NCBI RefSeq assembly: GCF_032191835.1
Contig: NC_083230.1
Location: forward strand, 73,532,001-73,596,000
Direction: 5' to 3'
DNA: 64,000 nucleotides
From: Heteronotia binoei
Lineage: Eukaryota
The notes beneath the pieces were generated by a model. It did no database searches. It saw only the letters and a program-made list of their open reading frames with translations, and was not told the origin of the DNA. The position numbers were made by a program, and so were the translations under genes. Below, piece by piece: positions 40,365 through 49,781 of this stretch. How positions within the stretch are numbered: position 1 is the first letter of the stretch; each line of letters begins with the position of its first letter.

Positions 40365-41896
40365 ATGGCGCCTAAAAAGGGGCAGGGCAAGTCCAAGGGC
40401 AAGCAGCCCGCCCACCCACCGTGCGGGCGGGGTCAGCAGGGGACTCCCGCTGAGGAACCTGGGCAAGGGGAGCGGGTAAGGCTTGCCATTATGAGTCAGC
40501 TGGATGCCTTGGAACAGGACAGAGTAGCCAGGGGCGCCCCCATTTGGGAAGGGCGTCGCCGTGCCTCCGGCCGGTCAGCACGGCTGACTTTTGAGTCAGA
40601 AGTGCTCGCACGTCTATCTGCATTGCAGGGTGGGCCATCTGAGCCTGAATCACTGCTGGAACTGGACCAGGAGGAGGATCCGGAGGAAGGCCCATCGGGT
40701 GCGGCAATGGGCAGCGGTGCATCTGGTAGCGGTGTGCAGCAGACCCCTGGAGGCGCGGGTGTCTTCCCGGGTGACGGTGGTAAGCCCCCTCTTCCGCCAC
40801 TTCAAGGGTGGCCGTGGGGTCCCATTCAACTTCCTCCCCCCCCGCCGGTGGCGGGAGGGGTGGCATGGGGTGCTGGGCAGGTGGGAGTTGTGGAGCAGTC
40901 GGGTCCTGTCCAGCCGTGGGCTTGGGGTTTTCATGGAGCAAGCCCGCTTGCCAGTTCAGTCTTTTCCCCAGTGGGCCAGCAGGCGTGCGCTGTGGCGCCG
41001 CCTGCTGCCCCTGCCTCTCCGTCCACCCCTGGCATTTTGCCTTGGGGCGGTCAGCAGTTTGCCCAATTTCAGGGGGCATGGCCAGTGGCCCAGGGTAGTG
41101 GGTGGTTCTACCCCCCCCCAATCCTTATGCTAGCATTCCTTTCCACATCCTCCCTTATGGCGATACCTCTTTGCCTTTGGGGGATCATTTGACAGCTGCT
41201 ACACGTGAGAAAATTCTCCGCGAGGAGTATGTGGACGTTTTCAGCCTCCTTTTCAGAGAGCTCGAAAAGAAAAGTAAAGACGAGCTTGATGACAAGGAGA
41301 AGGAGAAATTGAAGCGCAGGAAGGTCGATAGGTCCTGGGCAAATTCGTTGCCCGGATTTTTGATCTACGCTGGGGTCATTGCTAGAGCGCAGCCGGCTCG
41401 GGCGGCAGCCCTTTTCCAGTATATAGACATTGTCTATCGGGCGTATACGGACTTCGTCGGTGCAGCATGGCTGCAATACGACGAGGCCTTCCGTATGAGG
41501 GCCGCCGTCAACCCGGGGATGCCCTGGGACCAAATAAACCAGCAGCTGTGGCTGCAGTTGATGTCCCCGGCAAAACCAAACGCCGGAGACAGGTCCGACA
41601 GTGGCCATTTAGTGCAGAAGTTGCAACAACAACAGTCTTCTACAGGGGCTCGCGTTACCGCGGGCCAGCCGGTTCAAACCCGGCTGTTATGTTGGGAGTT
41701 CGCATCTAAGGGTGTGTGCCCCAGGAAACCCTGTAAGTTTCGACACGAGTGTCCACTCTGCAGCGGGGCTCACGCACTCTCTGCCTGTAGCAGATCTAAG
41801 CCCAGAGCGGGCAGTAAGCGCCCCGGTGGCAGTGGCGGCGGTCAGCAGCCCCCTGGAAAAGGGGCCCAGCCCCATCTGCCTGACGGCACTCAATAG
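40365..41896 (+). pseudogene. Ngaro ORF1, Gag-like with C-terminal Cys/His zinc finger; frameshift in the C9 run 41111-41119
   Basis: ATG in strong context (aagATGG). ORF pieces 40335-41192 and 41102-41896 would join if the run were C10. Motifs W..YDEAFR and CWEFASKGVCPRKPCKFRHECPLCSGAHALSAC. Confidence 0.85.
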
Positions 41897-43479
41897 GTTG
41901 TTGAGTACATACCCGTGTGAGGCGGACGGCCGATACCTACGGGACGGTTTTACCTCGGGGTTCCGAATTCCATATCAGGGGACTAGGGCCCCCTTCTTAG
42001 CTCCTAATCTACGTTCGGTTGTTGGGCTCGAGCACGTGGTCTGGGCAAAAATAGCTAAAGAATGTCAGGAAGGTAGGGTCCTTGTACCTTTCGATGCACC
42101 GCCGGTCCCCACGCTGAGGGTATCCCCTTTGGGGGTGGTACCCAAGAAGGCAGCCGGTGAATATCGTATTATCCACCACCTGTCTTACCCCAAGGGGGCA
42201 TCGGTGAATGACGCCATCCCCAAGGAGCTATGCTCTGTGCGCTATACTTCTTTTGACCAGGCGGTCAAAGTAGTACGGGGTTGCGGGGTGGGGGCCGAGA
42301 TGGCGAAATGTGACATCAAGTCAGCATTTCGCCTCTTGCCTGTCCACCCCGAGAATTTTGAATTATTGGGTTTTTCCTTTGAAGGGAAATTCTATATGGA
42401 TCGGGCGTTGCCGATGGGTTGTTCGATATCCTGTGCTGCGTTCGAGCGCTTCAGTTCCTTCTTGGAATGGGCGCTCAGGGACTGGACTGGGATTAGTGAT
42501 ACGGCGCATTACCTGGACGACTATCTTTTCGTCGGCCCAGCGGGGTCAGAACAATGCGCCAGGTTGTTGACCTCCTTTCAGGAGTTAGCCCTCGAACTCG
42601 GGGTGCCGTTGGCACATGAAAAGACCGAGGGACCCAGCACGGTGCTCACCTTTTTGGGCATCGAGCTGGACACTCTGCAGCAGACCTCACATTTGATGGA
42701 GAACAAGGTCGCCGACCTTAAGGTCCGGTTGGCCACCTTGAGGGGACAGCGGAAGGTTTCGCTGTTGGAATTGCAGGAGGTTGTGGGCCACCTTAACTTT
42801 GCTTGCAAAGTGGTGGCCCCGGGCAGGGCATTTTTGAGGCGCCTGTGTGACGCTATGGGCCGGTTGCGCCCCCCCGATCACCGGGCCCGCGTTACCGCGG
42901 GAATGCGAGCGGACTTGGAGGTCTGGGAGGAGTTTTTGGGAGTTTTTCAATGGTGTTTCTTTCTGGAGGGAGGACCTGAAGATTGAAGCTGAGCTTCAGA
43001 TCTCTTCAGATGCGTCCGGAGCCAGCGGGTTCGGTGTATATTTTAGGGGACATTGGTGCGTAGAGCAATGGCCCGCGGAATGGTTGGACAGCGGGCTCTG
43101 TAGAGACCTGACATTCTTGGAATTTTTCCCCATTTTGGTGGCTGTTTGGCTTTGGGGGGAGCAGCTTGCCAACCATTCGGTCCTTTTCTGGTGCGATAAC
43201 ATGGCGGTAGTACATGTTATCAATTCTCTGACCTCTAAGTCAGTGTTGGTGATGAATTTGGTTAGGTCTTTTACCCTGCGCTGCCTCCGGTTGAATATTT
43301 TATTCCTGGCAAGGCACGTACCGGGTGTATGCAATGGGGTGGTGGATGCTCTATCTCGCCAACAGATGGTGCGTTTTCGGCAACTGGCCCCAGAAGCAGA
43401 TCCATGGCCGGCGAAAATGCCCGCGGACCTCTGGCATCTTGGGAAAAGGAAGCCGGTAGGGCCATTCAGCTGGCGCTAG
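41712..43479 (+). pseudogene. Ngaro ORF2, reverse transcriptase plus RNase H; +1 frameshift near 42940-42947
   Basis: RT motifs SPLGVVPKK, YRIIHHLS, KCDIKSAFR, LPMG and YLDD. RNase H motifs SDASG, LEFFPI, CDN and DALSR. Overlaps ORF1 and ORF3 in different frames, as is typical for DIRS-order elements. Confidence 0.92.
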
Positions 43480-44345
43480 CCCCTAGTACGAGGAGGGCAT
43501 ACGTTAGAGCGTCCACCCAATTTCGGGATTTCAGGAGTGCCGCTGCACTGCCGGATTGTTGGCCGATTCCAGCGGCGCACATCATGCAGTTCTGCGTGCA
43601 CCAGAAGGAGAGAGGCTTGGGGCTGAAAACTATTAGGGGCCAACTTGCGGCATTGGCTTTTGTTAGCAAAGCCCACGGTTTTCCTGAGTTCACGGGTGAT
43701 TTTAGGGTGAGGAAGATGCTAGAGGGCTGGGCCCGGGAGCGGGTCCAGCGAGTGGACGACAGGCAACCCATATCCCCGTCAGTCCTTAAGGGGTTGTTTG
43801 GGGGTTGGCCCAGCGTTTGTTCTTCCCCTTTTGAGGCTGCGTTGTTTCACGCTGCCTCGCTGTTGGCCTTTTTGGGGGCCTTGCGGGTAAGCGAGCTGGT
43901 AGTACAGTCTAAGGCTGATACTTCTGGGAGGGCGCTGCAGTCCGGGGATGTTAAAATTACTCATAGTCAGCTTGTTCTGACAATTCGGCGGTCCAAGACT
44001 GATCAGAGGCAGAGGAGATCCGTCATCACGATTGGCATGTGTTCTTTGCAGGAATTATGTCCGGTCAGGGCTGTTCGCCACTACGTCCAGCTTCGGGGTG
44101 ACGTTGGGGGTCCTTTTCTTCGGCATGATGATGGCTCCCCTCTCACCAAATATCAGTTCTGGACGGTGACAAGCAGGGTCCTAGCTAGGCTGGGTTTAAA
44201 GGGCGTCAAATTTGGGACGCATTCCTTCTGGATTGGGGCAGCCTCCACAGCTGCTTCAATGGGTTACATGCCCTCTGCCATCCGGCACATTGGCCGTTGG
44301 CGGTCTGCAGCCTACAAAACTTATGTGCGTCCACTGGTCACCTAA
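43329..44345 (+). CDS. Ngaro ORF3, tyrosine recombinase (open frame, but a catalytic Arg is replaced by Trp)
   Basis: LAPSTRRAY N-terminal domain; GALRVSEL (R), RSKTDQ (K), HSFWIG (normally HSFRIG), GRW and YKTYVR (Y). Confidence 0.92.
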   Translation: MQWGGGCSISPTDGAFSATGPRSRSMAGENARGPLASWEKEAGRAIQLALAPSTRRAYVRASTQFRDFRSAAALPDCWPIPAAHIMQFCVHQKERGLGLKTIRGQLAALAFVSKAHGFPEFTGDFRVRKMLEGWARERVQRVDDRQPISPSVLKGLFGGWPSVCSSPFEAALFHAASLLAFLGALRVSELVVQSKADTSGRALQSGDVKITHSQLVLTIRRSKTDQRQRRSVITIGMCSLQELCPVRAVRHYVQLRGDVGGPFLRHDDGSPLTKYQFWTVTSRVLARLGLKGVKFGTHSFWIGAASTAASMGYMPSAIRHIGRWRSAAYKTYVRPLVT

Positions 44346-44414
44346 GGGGCAGGTGGTGGGCGCTGTTGGGTTGCAATGTTGTTATCATCTGCTGACAGTT
44401 GTTTGTCTTTTCAG

Positions 44415-45010
44415 GTGCTGGGGCTCGTGGTGAGAGACGTCGTGTTCTCATCTGCAGGCACAGCATGGTTTTCTGGGCTGCCCATTTCGCCAGACGGTCT
44501 TCAGTGGGCACCCAGCTTGGCCTCAGTGCATGAGCGACTGTGGAGTGGCTGGGTCATCGGGGGCTGCGTTGGCCAGGGATTATGCCCCTGTTGTTCCGGG
44601 AGCAGAAGGCACCACCTCCACACATCCTAGTCGTCCATTTGGGAGGGAACGACTTGGGGCTGCTGTGTGGGAAGGCTCTCTCACAGCAGGCGTTGGCTGA
44701 CCTCCGCGAAATTCGGCGGAGGTGGCCTGGGGTTATTCTGGTATGGTCGGCAATTCTGCTGCATAGGGTGTGGAGGCATGCCATTTCGCCGGGTGGTGTT
44801 GAACGCGCTAGGTGCAAGGCCAATAGGGCCATTCAGAAAGCTATGGAAGGGGGATTGGGTATTTTTCTCCCGCATCCGGCCATACGGGTAGAGCAGGCTG
44901 ACCTGTATCGGCCGGATGGTGTTCATCTTTCTGAGTTGGGTAACCGGGCCTTTTTAGATGAGATACGGCAGGGTTTGCGGTTGGCTCTGGGCCATCCGTT
45001 GGGGCGCTAA
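44415..45010 (+). pseudogene. Ngaro ORF4, SGNH/GDSL-type hydrolase; in-frame TGA at 44531-44533
   Basis: Block I ICRHSMVFW (G-H-S equivalent), block III HLGGND, block V DGVHL. No in-frame ATG lies upstream of the Ser. Preceded by a branch point/pyrimidine tract/AG at 44392-44414. Confidence 0.85.
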
Positions 45011-45039
45011 TGCCTAAGCAGAGGCTTGGCATTGGCGGT

Positions 45040-45443
45040 GGCTGGAGGAGGTTTGGCCATAGGGTTTTCCAGGGGAGCACCTATGGCCTAGCACCGTTGG
45101 TGCGGTGGTCTGTATGAACCGTAGATGGGCTACACGGCTCAGTGCGGGGAATGCAGATCACAGGGAGCCTCACCTGGGCGGATCTTTCCATGGGGATCGA
45201 TGCTAGCCCAGGTGGTGAATGGCTGGAGGCCTGGCTGCTCAGCTACAACCCGAATACGGCGGGCTTGTGCTGGGGGCAGGGTGGCTCGCCCTTTGGACAA
45301 GGCGGGGTCCGGGGTTGACCCCAGGGCTTGCCTGGTTCAGGTTTTTACCCCTGCAGTTACAGTTAATTAATTGTTTAATAAAGCGGCCCGGTTTTAAAAC
45401 CCAACACTTGTGTCTGCCTCTTCATTCCGACTGGGGGGGGCAA
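45040..45443 (+). repeat. Ngaro repeat B1 (404 bp; AATAAA at 45377-45382)
   Basis: About 97% identical to B2, with a 6-bp indel and two 1-bp indels. Confidence 0.93.
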
Positions 45444-45623
45444 GGTTCGGCCCCTCCCCAGCCAAGCCGGCTCGCCGGCGCTCAGGCTGGGGGCTGTCTT
45501 TGCCCCCTCAGAAGGAGGGAGGAGCAACATCACCCGACATACGGGTCTTTGCTTGGGCGCGGAGTTGGGGCTATATAAGCCCCGGCTCCCGCCCTTCGCC
45601 ACGCAGTTTGTTTTGGCTCTCTG
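45444..45623 (+). repeat. Ngaro repeat A2
   Basis: Directly abuts B1, reproducing the predicted circle junction caa|ggttcgg. Confidence 0.93.
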
Positions 45624-45790
45624 CCCGCCCACCCTCCCTCTGGCAGTACAGGCGTATGCTGGTCGCCTTATTAGGGGCCAGGTAGGAATTTTTTCACTTC
45701 CACATAATTGGCTCACGTGGGGGTGTTTTTCGCCTACCTTGTACTGCCTAGTAGTGTTAGGATTTGTTATTGGTATTTGTTATGGTCGCA

Positions 45791-46188
45791 GGCTGGAGGA
45801 GGTTTGGCCACAGGGTTTTCCAGGGGAGCACCTATGGCCTAGCACCATTGGTGCGGTGGTCTGTATGAACCGCAGATGGGCTACACGGCTCAGTGCGGGG
45901 AATGCAGATCACAGGGAGCATCACCTGGGCGGATCTTTCCATGGGGATCGATGCTAGCCCAGGTGGTGAATGGCTGGAGGCCTGGCTGCTCAGCTACAAT
46001 ACGGCGGGCTTGTGCTGGGGGCAGGGTGGCTCGCCCTTTGGACAAGGCGGGGTCCGGGGTTGACCCCAGGGCTTGTCTGGTTCAGGTTTTCACCCCTGCC
46101 AGTTACAGTTAATTAATTGTTTAATAAAGCAGCCCAGTTTTAAAACCCATCACTTGTGTCTGCCTCTTCATTCTGACTGGGGGGTCAA
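45791..46188 (+). repeat. Ngaro repeat B2 (398 bp; AATAAA at 46123-46128)
   Basis: Copy of B1 that terminates the element. Confidence 0.93.
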
Positions 46189-46450
46189 ATTCCACCCTCC
46201 CCACAAGCGGGCTCAGTGCAGATAACAAGACAGGGTCAACGACATATTGCACTATGCAATTAATATAAATAAAAATCATTAAAACCTCTTTGGGCCACGT
46301 AGATGGAATCAGGTAGATGCCCCAACACATTGGGGACTACAGCAGGGAGGCCAACTAAGGTAGACACCCGTTGCTTCAACCAAAGGCGTGGCAGAACAGC
46401 TCTGTGTTACAGGCCATGCAGAATGGCAAAAGGTCCTACAGTGCCCTGTG

Positions 46451-46529
46451 GAACATTAGAGAAGCCATGTTGGATCAGGCCAATGGCCCATCCAGTCCAA
46501 CACTCTGTGTCACACAGTGACCAAAAAAA

Positions 46530-46562
<33 letters not shown>

Positions 46563-46910
46563 GGCTAATAGCCACTGATGGACCTCTGCTCCATATTTTT
46601 ATCTAACCCCCTCTTGAAGCTGGCTATGCTTGTACCTCCTGTGGCAGTGAATTCCACCTCCTGTGGCAGTGAATTCCAAAAGGAAGAAGTACTTCCTTTT
46701 ATCAGTTTTAACCTGACTGCTCAGCAATTTCATCGAATGCCCATGAGTTCTTGTATTGAAAGGGAGAAAAGTACTTCTTTCTCTACTTTCTCCATCCCAT
46801 GCATTATCTTGTAAACCTCTATCATGTCACCCCACAGTCGACGTTTCTCCAAGCTAAAGAGCCCCAAGTGTTTTAACCTTTCTACATAGGGAAGGTGTTT
46901 CAACCCTTTA
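46451..46910 (-). mobile_element. CR1 LINE 3' end
   Basis: Reverse complement of the same CR1 3' end seen at 13274-13504, extended into ORF2. Confidence 0.85.
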
Positions 46911-47729
46911 AGCTGATTCCACCAGGCCGGGGGCAGGGCAGAAACTTAGTAGGTTATGTATCTTTGTCAGGTTCATATATAGTATAGTCATGAATCTGTT
47001 GCACAGAGTGGTCCATGATCCAGTTGATACTGGGGTGAAACACATCAGGTACATTTCCTGGAAATAACCATACAACTACATCATGGATACAAAAGCACCA
47101 CTGGAAACTCACAGAATGTGCATGTTTTCGGTTACCATCCCAAACATCCCAAACAATCCATTGTCTACCGTCCCTCCAATCCCTCAGAAAGAAACTTCCA
47201 TCTCAAGTATTTTTAACAGACATTTAGGGATTACAATAACTATCTAATTAAGTACAGAAACAGATTGACAAAGCTACAATAGTACCCAGAAATAGCATGG
47301 TTGTTGCCTACAGTGTACACTCAGACTACTCCAGTTAGGGTTGGTAAACTCCAGATGGTGACTGGAGATCTCCTGGGATTACATTGAGGTGACAGAGATC
47401 AGTTCATCTGAAAGAATGGCCACTTTGGAAGGTGGACTCTATGACACTGAAGTCCCTCCCCCAACCGTGCCCTCCTTAGCCTCCAACCCAAAAATCTCTC
47501 ATTGTTCCCTACAAAAAACAGCTTCGAACTGAGAATCCAATGCAAAATTGCTAAATTAGGATTTATCAAGAAATTCAATACTATCTCACCCCAGATCTGA
47601 ACAAAGACTTCAAATTTATTACTACAAGTACTAATAGCACATTCCACCCCTTTCAGATTTTAATTAATTTAGTTATATCTCTGTACATTTAAAATTGGAC
47701 CTACTTACATGTTTCATCCTTCCCTTTCC

Positions 47730-47840
47730 AATATTTTATTGTTAATTTCACTTTGCCTATCTGTCTACATCTGGTAGTGGTCCTCAGTGTATTGATTATT
47801 CTTTTGATAAGATCTTATTTGAACCTGGCCTCTCATCCCA
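47730..47840 (+). repeat. 111-bp direct repeat, copy 2
   Basis: See 38987-39097. Confidence 0.92.
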
Positions 47841-47856
47841 CCCACTCCCGGCCCAG

Positions 47857-47957
47857 TCTTACATGCTTCCTGGGACAGTTGTTTTGGCTTCCCACTGGGG
47901 AGAAAACTGGAGTACAAACGATATGATAAGAAATGCATTTTTACACATTACGACAAA
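47857..47957 (+). CDS. Candidate coding exon (LHASWDSCFGFPLGRKLEYKRYDKKCIFTHYDK)
   Basis: Consensus donor AAA|gtgagt at 47958 and C-rich acceptor cccacccactcccggcccag. An alternative 180-nt exon 47778-47957 is open in another frame. Confidence 0.35.
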
Positions 47958-48151
47958 GTGAGTCCTCATATCTTGTGGAATTCTTGTGTGGTATTTATTT
48001 TAAATGCACTTATATTTTCCCATGATTTAACTGTTAAATTTCTCTCTCACTTTGTCGATCACTGACAGATGGGAAAAGCAGTTTGTCCTTGTATCCTGAC
48101 AATACTTGGTGCTTGGGAAAGATACAAAGTTGCTGTTGTTTACAGTTGAAG

Positions 48152-48321
48152 CAGGGGTGGAATTCTAGCAGGAGTTCCTTTGCATATTAGGCCACACACC
48201 CCTGATGTAGCCAATCCTCCAAGAGCTTACAAGGCTCTTTTTCGTAAGTTCTTGGAGGATTGGCTATATCAGGGGTGTGTGGCTAATTTGCAAAGGAGCT
48301 CCTGCTAGAATTCCACCCCTG
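48152..48321. mobile_element. Fully palindromic hAT MITE with perfect 8-bp TSD
   Basis: TIR CAGGGGTGGAATTCTAGCAGGAG; TSD AGTTGAAG at 48144-48151 and 48322-48329. Confidence 0.93.
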
Positions 48322-48437
48322 AGTTGAAGTACTGCTTCTTTGTGGGCAGAAAATTAACTCCTCCAAAGATATTGAAACTTCCATTGTGATGAAGAAATCA
48401 GAGATTAAGAGAAAAATCAGAAAGGATGCAATGTTAT

Positions 48438-49383
48438 TGTGATGGACTCAGGCAAGTTAGCTTGGAAGATGGGGAACAGCCTTGCAACGATTGGCTGGGA
48501 TGCAGCCATGGAAACGAAATGTAGCAAATTGGAGGAGGCTTGCAGGGAATGCCTCAGGGTTTTTGGTTTAGTTTGAGGTCTTCAGTGAAAGTCTGGAGTG
48601 TGAAGACTGGGATTTAGGCTGGTCAGTTGTGGTGTGACGCAACTGGACAAGGAGCTAAGAACAGCCAGTGGGGCTGAGTTCCTTATGGAGACAGAGCTAG
48701 GCTGAGCTTCTGTCTGAGAGAGATTGTGAAGTCAGAAGGGGGCAAAACCAGGCACCTTCTGTGAGGGAAACTCTCTGTGGGAGCTCTGCCAGTACATCTA
48801 GGCAGACTCCTTGTATAAACTGAGATCACTCAAACACTCTGGAGGGAGGACTTGGCTAGAAGGGAATTCCAAGATTCAGACAAGGAATCTAGCTGTGTCT
48901 GAGACATACAGCAGTGAGGGGTTGGTATTAGCTCTCAGAGGTGTGAGTCCTGGAAGCTAGTGTGTGTGTCTGTGTGGGAGAATTAATCTGGCACCAGTCA
49001 GGAGTTCTCAGTGTGTGTGAAAAAGAATGACTGTCAGTTTATTATTTTTATGATTTGAGAAGCCAGAGCAGAGGGCTATATCATCTGAACTGCAAAGCAT
49101 TTCTAGTGCTCAGTAGGCATTGCCTGCCTGTCCTAGGGTATTGTATAGTTCTAAAGCCTGCCAGTGTTATATTTATTTTTTATGTTATCTCAGCCTGATA
49201 AACCTCTAGTGAATAGTAATTGATTATTCCAGTAACCATCTGCCTGCCAACTGATTCGTTGTATTTGATCAGATCTAATCAATATTATTTTTATCCCTCT
49301 CCTTTGCCTTTGTAATCCAATCAATATTTCTTTGTTTTTTTACTTTTAAACTGTCTGGTGTCTAGTTTACTTTAGTTCTAACA
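48438..49383 (+). mobile_element. Possible solo LTR
   Basis: TGTGATG start, purine-rich U3-like body, T-rich 3' part ending ...CTAACA. Boundaries and TSD not confirmed. Confidence 0.35.
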
Positions 49384-49706
49384 GGATTTCTGTGTGTGCC
49401 TGAGGGATGGAGGGAAGGTGAATGGGGAAAATTTATAGTGATCACCCTCTCAAGCTGACCCCGACCAGTTCCTCACAGTTGTTTAAAACACTTATTATCT
49501 ATCAGACTTTGAGTTTTAAATGTCAGTATGTAGGTAGTTATCCTAGCCCTGAAGTGAATAGTGTTCACTTAAAGAACTATAACCTATTTCAGAAGCATAC
49601 TAATCAGAGGCAAATGAAATCAATTTGGACAATAAACCTTTGTTCTTCAACGTCATTCTTGCCAGGATGCAATGAGACAAAAGAATAGGAAACAGGAAAA
49701 AGTAGG

Positions 49707-49708
<2 letters not shown>

Positions 49709-49778
<70 letters not shown>
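49709..49778. repeat. (AT)n microsatellite
   Basis: Uninterrupted AT run of about 70 bp. Confidence 0.97.

Positions 49779-49781
<3 letters not shown>

Larger units (their letters stand above)
39360..46188 (+). mobile_element. Ngaro-type (DIRS order) tyrosine-recombinase retrotransposon, structurally near complete
   Basis: Split direct repeats A1-[gag, RT/RNaseH, YR, SGNH]-B1-A2-spacer-B2, no TSD, and diagnostic protein motifs in all four ORFs. Confidence 0.95.

Noticed and set aside
41105-41125. Programmed -1 ribosomal frameshift in Ngaro gag at the C9 run
   Set aside because: A single-base homopolymer deletion (mutation or sequencing error) is simpler, and both halves belong to one Gag-like protein.
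39278-46330. Numerous extra overlapping and antisense ORFs in the Ngaro element
   Set aside because: They are shadows of GC-rich coding and repeat sequence with no domain motifs.
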